Shown in pieces: positions 40,715-48,537 of a DNA stretch of 64,000 nucleotides; within the stretch, counting starts at the first letter, position 1, and the number at the start of each line of letters is the position of its first letter. The notes under the pieces are model-generated. The model worked only from the letters and a program-made list of their open reading frames with translations, did not search any database and was not told the DNA's origin. The translations under genes and the position numbers were made by a program. Source of the DNA: a virus (Duplodnaviria; Caudoviricetes); the IMG/VR virus record IMGVR_UViG_3300048851_000184, positions 8,388 to 72,387 of that record; one strand, given 5' to 3'.

Positions 40715-42159
40715 ACGTCATGGACAGGGCCATCCAGGCCGTCTCTCCAGTGTGGGGAGCGAAACGCGCTGCCGCTCGGCGAGCGCTGGGCTACCTCAAC
40801 AAGCCGGCTCAGCGCTTCGTCGGCAAGCCTGGGGACTGGGACCGGAATACCGGCAACCCGGACGACGCCCGGCCCGCCCGCATGGTCGAGCGCAAGCGTG
40901 TGATCGACCTGGTTGCGTCGGACCCGTTTGCCCGCAAGGCGCTGTCGGCTCTGGTCAACAACACGGTCGGCTGGGGCATCACCGGCGCGCCGAAGAAGGC
41001 CCCGGCGACGTTCCGGAAGCTGTGGAACGACTGGCTCAAGGTCTGTGACTGGTACGGCCGCCTCGGCTTCTATGGTCTTCAGGAACTCGCGGTGCGGACC
41101 ATGTTCCGCGAGGGCGAGGTTTTCATCGTCTTCCAGACGCTGTCCCTGGCGGAGGCCGACGGGACGATCCCGCTGCGGTTGCAGTTGCTCGACGGGGGCA
41201 TGCTGGCGACGACCGTCTACAGCCACGGCGGCAACGACGTCCTGGACGGGATCGAGTATGATTCCCGGGGTCGCGTGACCGCCTACCACTTCTACGAGGG
41301 CCGGCCGAGCCAGCGCTGGGCGTCGTACCGGACGGTTCGGGTTCCCGCTGCCGACGTCATCCACCTGTTCGTGCAGGAGCACGTCGGCCAGCGCCGCGGG
41401 CACAGCGTCTTCAACACCATCGTCAAGCGCCTTGGGGACATCGACGAGAGCGTCGAGGCCGAGCTGGTGCGCAAGAACGTCGAGGCATGCTTTGCTGCGT
41501 TCATCACGCAGGGCGTGGACGACAACGGCGTCGTGTTCGGCGATTTGCAGGGTGATGCTGAGGCGAGCCCGATCGGCGTACAGAGCGAGGGGCTCACCCC
41601 GGGCATGATCAGCCGGCTTGCGCCGGGCGAGAGCGTCAAGTTCGGAGACCCCAAGGCATCGGGCGGCCTGAACGACATCCTGCGCCTTGCCCTGCTGTCG
41701 GCTGCGGCTGGCGCCGGCATCACCTACGAGCACTTCGGCGACCTCTCGAACGTGAACTTCTCCAGCTACAAGGCTGGCAACCTGGAGTTCCAGCGGTCCA
41801 CCGGCAGGATCCAGTTCAACACGCTGATCCCTGTGTTCCTTGATCGCGTCGCGTCGCGCTTTCAGGAGGCGGCATTTCTCGCCGGCGCGATGCCCAATCG
41901 CTCCTACGAGATGACCTGGTCGCCGCCCCCGTTCGAAAGCATCGACCGCAAGGGCGACGCCGAGGCGGACATCCTGGAGATGGCGGCGGGCCTCGAGAGT
42001 CGCCCCAGCCTTGTCGTGGCGCGGGGCTACGACCCTGACCAGCTGCGAGCCGAGATCGCAGAGGATCGCAAGCAGAACGCGGCCGCAAAACTGGTGTTCG
42101 CGGGCGACGCGCCGCCGACCCAGTTTGCGGCACCAGCCGCGACGCCAGCCGCCGAGTAG
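40711..42159 (+). CDS. Portal protein (lambda family)
   Basis: 482 aa; GEVFI, LQLLD, DGIEYD..GR..AY, NFSS.KAG motifs. Confidence 0.93.
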   Translation: MNVMDRAIQAVSPVWGAKRAAARRALGYLNKPAQRFVGKPGDWDRNTGNPDDARPARMVERKRVIDLVASDPFARKALSALVNNTVGWGITGAPKKAPATFRKLWNDWLKVCDWYGRLGFYGLQELAVRTMFREGEVFIVFQTLSLAEADGTIPLRLQLLDGGMLATTVYSHGGNDVLDGIEYDSRGRVTAYHFYEGRPSQRWASYRTVRVPAADVIHLFVQEHVGQRRGHSVFNTIVKRLGDIDESVEAELVRKNVEACFAAFITQGVDDNGVVFGDLQGDAEASPIGVQSEGLTPGMISRLAPGESVKFGDPKASGGLNDILRLALLSAAAGAGITYEHFGDLSNVNFSSYKAGNLEFQRSTGRIQFNTLIPVFLDRVASRFQEAAFLAGAMPNRSYEMTWSPPPFESIDRKGDAEADILEMAAGLESRPSLVVARGYDPDQLRAEIAEDRKQNAAAKLVFAGDAPPTQFAAPAATPAAE

Positions 42160-42169
42160 GAGCCTCTCC

Positions 42170-44371
42170 ATGACTAAGCCGAAGCCGGCGCCCATCGGCG
42201 TCGACGAACCCCCGCGCGCGGTTGGCGAAACCGCTGACGGTCCGCTGCCGCCCCGCCGCAAGCGGTCCGCACTCGCGCTCGCCTTGGTGGCTGGCGCGGG
42301 GATCGCGGGCATGCTGACGCGAGACGCCCCAGGCCAGCGCCCCGGTGTCGATCCGGAAGAGCGCCGCCAGCCGCAAGCAGGTGGACGAGGCACGCGCAGC
42401 CTCGCCCTGGCTCCCGACAGCTACGATGCTGAGGGGCACACGGTGGAGGCGATCCTCTCCACCGGCGCGGCGGTCCAGCGCTATTACTTCGTCGAGGAGC
42501 TGGAGATCAGCGCCGAGGCGATCGACCTGACGCGCGTCGCTGGCGGCATTTGCCCGCTACTGGACACGCATAATCAGTTCGAGGTCGGAGCCCAGATCGG
42601 CCGCGTGACATCCGTCCGCGTCGAAGGTGGGCAACTCATCGGAACGCTGCAGTTCGACCAGACGGCAGCCGGCCAGGAAATCGAGGCGCGCGTCGCTCGC
42701 GGCGAGCTGCGCGCGATCTCCATCGGCTACCGCGTCACCCGCTGGCAGATCACGGCCACCGACGACAACGATAACGAGACCTGGCGCGCTGTCGCCTGGG
42801 AGTTGCTGGAAGCCAGCCTCGTGCCCGTTCCCGCTGATCCGAACGCCGTGGTTCGGTCTGCACCCGGGACCCCCGCCCACGGAACCCAAGAGGAAGAAGA
42901 TATGCGACGGAACCTTCCGGGCGGCGGTGTCGCCCACCCGAACGCCAACCGCGGCGCCGCTGCCCCTGCGCAGCCCGCCGCCGAAACGACCATTGTCGTC
43001 GACGCGAACGGCGCCAGCCGCGCGGAGCCGAACACTCCTGCTGGTGCGGGGGCCGCCCCCGTGGCCGAAACCCGTGCGGCGGCCGGTGTGTCGGCATCGC
43101 GCATCCTGGACCTGTGCGGCCGGTCGGCGGCACTTGGCAGCGAGTTCGCCGCGGAGCTGATCCGCACCAACGAGACGACGCCGCTGACCGAGGCCGACCT
43201 GCTCAGCCGGGTGAATGAGCGTCTGATTGCCGACCGCCCGACGATCGACGCCCGTGCGGGTGCCACCGGTACCGAAAGCGAGGGCTACCGACAGGCGATC
43301 GAGGACGCGGTGATGCTCCGCGCCAACCCCGACACCCAGCTACCGGATGAGCCGGGCCGCACCCGCGCCCAGCGCACGGAAGCCGCGCGCGAGTTCCGCG
43401 GCATGACGCTGATGGAGCTGGCACGCGACTATCTGGGTCGCACCGGCATCAACACCCGAGGCATGGGCCGGCTGGACATCGCAGGCGCGGCGCTGGGCAT
43501 GCGCTATGGCGCGCTGACGACCAGTGACTTCGCCAATGCGCTCGGCTCGGTCACCAGCCGCCGGATCCGCGCTGCGTTCGACATGGCGCCGCAGACGTTC
43601 CGCCCGATCGTCTCGACCGGCACGCTGCCCGACTTCAAGCCGGCGCAGATCATCGGCCTGGGAGATGCCCCCGCGCTGCTGAACGTGCCCGAGAACGGCG
43701 AGTTCAAGCGGGGCGCGATCACCGACACCGGCATGACCTATCGGCTGTACACCTATGGCCGCATCATCGCCATTTCCCGGCAGGCGATCGTCAACGACGA
43801 TCAGAACCTATTCGGTCGCATCCCGACCATGTTCGGTCGCAAGGCGGCGGACCTGGAGAGCGACCTCGTCTGGGGTATCCTGCTGTCGAACCCCGCGATG
43901 GCGGATGGCGTCCCGCTGTTCCACGCGAACCACGGCAACCTTGCCGCGGTGGGTGGTGCGATCAACGTCGAGAACGTCGGCAAGGGCCGCCAGGCCATGC
44001 GCCAGCAGAAGAGCAACGAAGGCGGCTTCCTCAACATCGGTGCCACGTACCTGATCGTGGGGCCGGCGCAGGAGACCGCAGCCGACCAGTTCGTCACGGC
44101 GATCACCGCCAACACGAACAGCGCGGTCAACCCGTTCGCGGGGCGCCTGCAGGTGATCGTCGAGCCGCGGATCACCGACAACAGCTGGATGCTGTCCGCC
44201 GACCCGAACGCCTTCGACACGATCGAGTTGGACCACCTGCTCGGCCAGGAGGAGCTGTTCACCGACACGCGTGTCGGCTTCGACGTCGACGGCGTCGAGA
44301 ACAAGGCCCGCCTCGATGTCGGCGCAGCCGCGCTCGACCACCGCGGCTTCTACAAGTCGCCGGCCTACTAA
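42170..44371 (+). CDS. Prohead protease-major capsid protein fusion
   Basis: LLDTH, SIGY and EASLVPVPADP protease motifs followed by an HK97-type capsid domain (TTSDF, ENGEF, YGR). Confidence 0.92.
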   Translation: MTKPKPAPIGVDEPPRAVGETADGPLPPRRKRSALALALVAGAGIAGMLTRDAPGQRPGVDPEERRQPQAGGRGTRSLALAPDSYDAEGHTVEAILSTGAAVQRYYFVEELEISAEAIDLTRVAGGICPLLDTHNQFEVGAQIGRVTSVRVEGGQLIGTLQFDQTAAGQEIEARVARGELRAISIGYRVTRWQITATDDNDNETWRAVAWELLEASLVPVPADPNAVVRSAPGTPAHGTQEEEDMRRNLPGGGVAHPNANRGAAAPAQPAAETTIVVDANGASRAEPNTPAGAGAAPVAETRAAAGVSASRILDLCGRSAALGSEFAAELIRTNETTPLTEADLLSRVNERLIADRPTIDARAGATGTESEGYRQAIEDAVMLRANPDTQLPDEPGRTRAQRTEAAREFRGMTLMELARDYLGRTGINTRGMGRLDIAGAALGMRYGALTTSDFANALGSVTSRRIRAAFDMAPQTFRPIVSTGTLPDFKPAQIIGLGDAPALLNVPENGEFKRGAITDTGMTYRLYTYGRIIAISRQAIVNDDQNLFGRIPTMFGRKAADLESDLVWGILLSNPAMADGVPLFHANHGNLAAVGGAINVENVGKGRQAMRQQKSNEGGFLNIGATYLIVGPAQETAADQFVTAITANTNSAVNPFAGRLQVIVEPRITDNSWMLSADPNAFDTIELDHLLGQEELFTDTRVGFDVDGVENKARLDVGAAALDHRGFYKSPAY

Positions 44372-44391
44372 GCCGCCCGTCCACTGCATTG

Positions 44392-44417
44392 GCGGCGGGG
44401 CAGCGCTCCCGCCGCCG
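44392..44417 (+). terminator. GC hairpin after capsid gene
   Basis: GGCGGCGGG...CCCGCCGCC stem; no U-tract. Confidence 0.35.
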
Positions 44418-44428
44418 GGAGAACCCAC

Positions 44429-44737
44429 ATGAAGACCATCAGCTTGCGGCAGCCCCTGCCGATCGGCGGGCCTGTCCACCACCCGTCTGAGGGCCCGGTG
44501 ACCGTCGACGACGACCTGGCCGAGCACCTCATCAGCAGCGGCCTCGCCGACGAAGGTGACGGTGAGGAAGAGGACGAGGACGACGACGAGGAGGAGCTTG
44601 AGGCCGACGGCCTTGAGGATCTGACCGTCGCCGACCTCGGCATCCTGGTCACCAAGGAGGGCGTGCCGCTCCACGGCGCCACCAAGAAGGATGACATCAT
44701 CAAGGCGATCCGCGCTCACCGCGCGCCCGCCGAGTAA
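44429..44737 (+). CDS. Acidic protein with C-terminal HeH/LEM-like motif
   Basis: EEEDEDDDEEE tract then LTVADL..G..KKDDII..I. Confidence 0.7.
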   Translation: MKTISLRQPLPIGGPVHHPSEGPVTVDDDLAEHLISSGLADEGDGEEEDEDDDEEELEADGLEDLTVADLGILVTKEGVPLHGATKKDDIIKAIRAHRAPAE

Positions 44738-44749
44738 GGAGCAGCAACG

Positions 44750-45079
44750 ATGAAGAACTTTGTCCAGCCGGGGGTGAACCTCACCCTCGTGGCTCCGCGC
44801 GACCTGGCAAGCGGCGAAGGCTTCCTGGTGGGGGCCATCTTCGCCGTCGCCTCGGCAGCGGCCAAGGCCGGGGAGCAGGTCGTCGGCGTCACCGAGCAGG
44901 TGTTCGATCTGCCGAAGGCGACCGGCGCGGTGACGCAGGGTGCGAAGGCCTACTGGGACGACGCCGCCCGCAACGTCACGACCGTCGCCGGTGGCGTACT
45001 GATCGGCGCGTTCGTCGACCCGGCAGCCAGCGCGGCGCCGACGGGCCGTGTGAAGCTCACCGGCCAGATCGCCGCCTAA
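44750..45079 (+). CDS. Capsid cement protein (DUF2190-like)
   Basis: MKNFVQPG..LTL..GV..GVF.LPKA motif. Confidence 0.85.
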   Translation: MKNFVQPGVNLTLVAPRDLASGEGFLVGAIFAVASAAAKAGEQVVGVTEQVFDLPKATGAVTQGAKAYWDDAARNVTTVAGGVLIGAFVDPAASAAPTGRVKLTGQIAA

Positions 45080-45082
45080 GCC

Positions 45083-45421
45083 ATGGATCCGTTCGCCTCG
45101 GCGCTCGACGCCCTTTTCACCGGGCCGGGCTCCGAGGCGGCGGATTACGTGTCGGAAAGCGGCGTGCAGGAGGGCGTCCGGATCATCCGATCCCGCCCGA
45201 CCGCCGACGCTACCTTCGGCGACAGCCGGATTCGGCAGGATACCTGCGAGATTGACGTGCGGCGCTCCGAGGTGCCGGATCCGGCCCCCGGCGACCGCTT
45301 CCTGATCCGTGAGATTGATCCCGCCACGCAGGCGGAGGTTCTCACCGTCTGCATCATCGCCGGCGACCCAGCGCTCGACGCCGAGGGCATGACCTGGACC
45401 TGCTCGGCGCCGGAAGCGTGA
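45083..45421 (+). CDS. Head-tail joining protein
   Basis: 112 aa; VRRSEV..P..GD motif. Confidence 0.75.
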   Translation: MDPFASALDALFTGPGSEAADYVSESGVQEGVRIIRSRPTADATFGDSRIRQDTCEIDVRRSEVPDPAPGDRFLIREIDPATQAEVLTVCIIAGDPALDAEGMTWTCSAPEA

Positions 45422-46068
45422 AGTTCGAGGTTGAGGTCCCCGACTTCGCCAAGGTGATGCGCGAGGCGGAGAGCGGCGTCGCGCGCGCGGCCACTGTCGC
45501 GATGCGCGCCACCACCGGCGATGCGCTGCGCGAGCTGCGCGGCCAGGTGACATCGGCTGGTCTCGGCCAGCGCTTGGCGAACACCTGGCGCGGCAACGTC
45601 TACCCGAAGTCGCGCAACGGCATGAACCCGGCCGGCTACATCTACAGCCGCGCTCCCGAGATCATCGACAGCTTCGTGCGAGGCACCACCATCGTGCCGG
45701 TCAACGGCAGCCGGTTCCTCGCCATTCCCACCGACAATGTGCCCCGTGTCGGCAGGCGTCGCGGCTCTACCGGCCGCATGACCCCCGAACAGGTCGAGCA
45801 CACGTTCAACCAGGACCTGTTCTACCAGCGTGGCAAGAACGGCCGCGTGCTCGCGTTCATCAACGCCGTGGGCGCGCGTCGCGGACGCGGGATCCGCCAG
45901 GGTACCGCACGCCGACTGGCGCAGGGGCGCGATCTCAAGCGCGTGCTGATGTTCACCCTCGTGCCCGTCGCTCGCATGCCGAAGTTGCTCGACCTGGACG
46001 GCCCGGCCGCCCGCTGGAGCGCCGCCTACATCGCTGCCTTCACCCGCGGTCTGGAGAAGAACTGGTGA
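45418..46068 (+). CDS. Neck/minor tail protein (DUF6441-like)
   Basis: Homolog of 42-692. Confidence 0.7.
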   Translation: MKFEVEVPDFAKVMREAESGVARAATVAMRATTGDALRELRGQVTSAGLGQRLANTWRGNVYPKSRNGMNPAGYIYSRAPEIIDSFVRGTTIVPVNGSRFLAIPTDNVPRVGRRRGSTGRMTPEQVEHTFNQDLFYQRGKNGRVLAFINAVGARRGRGIRQGTARRLAQGRDLKRVLMFTLVPVARMPKLLDLDGPAARWSAAYIAAFTRGLEKNW

Positions 46069-46505
46069 GCAAGCGCCTCGATGTCCTCGCCGCCGTGAAG
46101 GCGCTGATCGAAGCCGCGCTCCCGGGGGCCAAGGTAGTGGGGATGGACGGCAAGGACGCAGCGCCCGCGCGTGTTCCGCCGAACGGCCGGGTCATCGTGC
46201 GCAGCGGTGAACCGGGCGAGCCTGAGGTTGACCTCTGTCCACCCGTCTACCACTACGCGCACCGCATCCCGATCGAGGTCAGCGCCTACGAGACGACCGC
46301 GCTGACCGGCGAAGAGGTGATCGATCAGATGATGGGCCAGATCGGCGAGGCGGTTGAGGCCGATCCCACGCTCGGCGGCCTCTGCGACTGGCTGGAGCCG
46401 ACCGGCCCCAACACCGACGACATCTACGTCGAGGGCGCGAACCCTGCGCGCGGCGGCGATTTCGACCTGGTCGCCTCCTACTCGACCACATCCCCTCTCA
46501 ACTGA
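46065..46505 (+). CDS. Putative tail terminator
   Basis: Homolog of 689-1129. Confidence 0.65.
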   Translation: MSKRLDVLAAVKALIEAALPGAKVVGMDGKDAAPARVPPNGRVIVRSGEPGEPEVDLCPPVYHYAHRIPIEVSAYETTALTGEEVIDQMMGQIGEAVEADPTLGGLCDWLEPTGPNTDDIYVEGANPARGGDFDLVASYSTTSPLN

Positions 46506-46522
46506 GCCCGAAGGAACCAACC

Positions 46523-47476
46523 ATGGCCGTACAGCCTACCCGCCGGCGCGCGCTCGGCATCAACGCCGTGCAGTCGGCCGTGTTCGAGACCAGCTATGGG
46601 CAGACGCCCACGACCGGCTTCAAGCGCCTGCCGTTCGTCAGCAATGCGCTTGGCGAAGAGCGCCCGCTGATCGAGGACGACCAGCTCGGCTTCGGACGCG
46701 AGGGGCTCGACCCGGAATATGACGTCGCGACCAACGACGGCGACGTCGTGGTGCCGATGGACACCCGCGCGTTCGGCTGGTGGCTGAAGCTGCTGCTGGG
46801 CGCACCGACGTCGGCTGCGGCCGGCGCCGCCACCGCTCACACGTTTGTGTCGGGCAAGACCGAACTGCCGTCCGCCTCGATCGAGCTCGGCAACCCGGAG
46901 ATCCCGAGCTACTCGGTGAACTTCGGCGCGCTCGCCAACCAGCTGCGCGTGTCGATGGCGCGCTCCGGCATGCTCAACGCCACCATCGGCGTCATCGCCC
47001 AGGGCGAGACCCGCAAGCAGGCGCTGAGCGTCGCCGGCACTCCGGACCTGTTCCACGGCGACCGCTTCCAGCAGGCGACCGGCTCCATCAAGCGGGGCGG
47101 TGAGGTCCTGGGCAGCGTCACCGCGGCCGGCTTCACCTATTCCAACAACTTCGAAAAGGTGGAGGCGATCCGCGAGGACGGCCGGATCGACGGTGCGGAT
47201 CCGCTCAAGGCGATGATGACCGGCGAATTGACGATGCGGTTCGATCGCCTCGACCTCTACGATGCCTCCGTCGACGGCACCCCGATCGATCTGGAGTTCG
47301 GCTGGAAGCGCGGCGCCGCGAGCCTGATCTTCACCGTCCCGCGCGTGTTCCTGCCGCGGGTCAAGCGACCCATCAGCGGTCCGGGCGGCATCCAGGCGAC
47401 GTCCAACTGGCAGGCATCGGGGGCCGGCGGGAACACGCTGACCGCCGTGCTGACCAACGACGTCGCCAGCTACTGA
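46523..47476 (+). CDS. Major tail tube protein
   Basis: Homolog of 1147-2103. Confidence 0.85.
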   Translation: MAVQPTRRRALGINAVQSAVFETSYGQTPTTGFKRLPFVSNALGEERPLIEDDQLGFGREGLDPEYDVATNDGDVVVPMDTRAFGWWLKLLLGAPTSAAAGAATAHTFVSGKTELPSASIELGNPEIPSYSVNFGALANQLRVSMARSGMLNATIGVIAQGETRKQALSVAGTPDLFHGDRFQQATGSIKRGGEVLGSVTAAGFTYSNNFEKVEAIREDGRIDGADPLKAMMTGELTMRFDRLDLYDASVDGTPIDLEFGWKRGAASLIFTVPRVFLPRVKRPISGPGGIQATSNWQASGAGGNTLTAVLTNDVASY

Positions 47477-47498
47477 TCCCCTCCAGCGGAGAACGCCC

Positions 47499-47780
47499 GT
47501 GAAGAAGGAAACGAACGCCGCCACCGCGGCGACCGAGAAGACCGTCCCGCCGCTGCCGACCCACGTCGCCGCCGGCGTCACGCCCGAGTTTGCCAAGCTG
47601 CGCGTGCTCGACGCGGACACCGGCAAGCGGATCGGCCATGTGCTGGAGGTAGATGCGGAGAAGGGCTTCGTGCGCCGCTATGCGGTGAAGCACGGCAACT
47701 TCGTGCGCGAGGGTAGCGACCTGAAGGTCATCGAGGAGGGGCGCAAGGTCCGCCTCGAGTGGATCGAGGGTGCCGCCTGA
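47499..47780 (+). CDS. Hypothetical protein (93 aa)
   Basis: Homolog of 2124-2405. Confidence 0.75.
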   Translation: MKKETNAATAATEKTVPPLPTHVAAGVTPEFAKLRVLDADTGKRIGHVLEVDAEKGFVRRYAVKHGNFVREGSDLKVIEEGRKVRLEWIEGAA

Positions 47781-48346
47781 TGCTCGTCGTCAGCAAGAAG
47801 GCCGAGGGCCCCGCCTGGCTGCCCGTGATGGGCGCCCAGGTGCTGTTCGCGCCGATCGACCGCAAGATGATGCGCGCGGCCCGTCGTGCCGCGGTCAAGT
47901 CTCTCCGCGGCGAGGATGCCGAGGAAGGCGAGGAGGCCGCTGACGCGCCAGCCGCGGAGCAGCTGGAGGAACTCGGCGACGCGCTCAGCGTAGCCCTGAT
48001 CCTGGCCGGCGCACGCGACTGGAAAGATGTCTGCCTGATGGCGGGGCCTGACGATGAAGGCCCCGGCGAGCCGCTGCCGTTCAGCCGCGAGAACCTCGAG
48101 CACGCGCTCTCGGACCCGCTCACCTTCGAGGCCTTCGATCAGGCGTACGTCATGCCGTTCGTGATGCGGGAGCGGACAAAAAACGTCTCCGCCGCCTCTC
48201 AGGTTGGCACTGGGGAGGCGGCGATGCCGGAGAGCGATACTGCCAGCTCACCTGCCAAGGTGGCGAAGGGCGCCGGTGCGAGCAGTGCCCGTACCGGATC
48301 GAAGAGCCGGACACCGCGGAAGCGGAAGGTGTCTGGGAGGTCCTGA
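47780..48346 (+). CDS. Tail assembly chaperone (gpG-like)
   Basis: Homolog of 2405-2971; slippery A AAA AAC at 48178-48184. Confidence 0.8.
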   Translation: MLVVSKKAEGPAWLPVMGAQVLFAPIDRKMMRAARRAAVKSLRGEDAEEGEEAADAPAAEQLEELGDALSVALILAGARDWKDVCLMAGPDDEGPGEPLPFSRENLEHALSDPLTFEAFDQAYVMPFVMRERTKNVSAASQVGTGEAAMPESDTASSPAKVAKGAGASSARTGSKSRTPRKRKVSGRS

Positions 48347-48528
48347 CCTCCTGCGATCGCCAGCTGCGGGTCGCAGGCATGACGGGCAAGCCGTTCGCGC
48401 TGGATTACGCGGCGGTGATGGCGGTCGGCGCCGCGTTGGATGCCGACATGGAGATGCTGGCGGACGTGCTGCCGGCAGCCGAAGCGGCGATCGTCGCACA
48501 GTTCGCCGGTGATGACGGCGGGGATTGA
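48178..48528 (+). CDS. gpT-like portion of G-T frameshift fusion (-1 frame)
   Basis: Colinear with 2803-3153; -1 frame ends at TGA 48526-48528. Confidence 0.8.
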   Translation, partial: KKRLRRLSGWHWGGGDAGERYCQLTCQGGEGRRCEQCPYRIEEPDTAEAEGVWEVLTSCDRQLRVAGMTGKPFALDYAAVMAVGAALDADMEMLADVLPAAEAAIVAQFAGDDGGD

Positions 48529-48537
48529 GGAGGGCGC

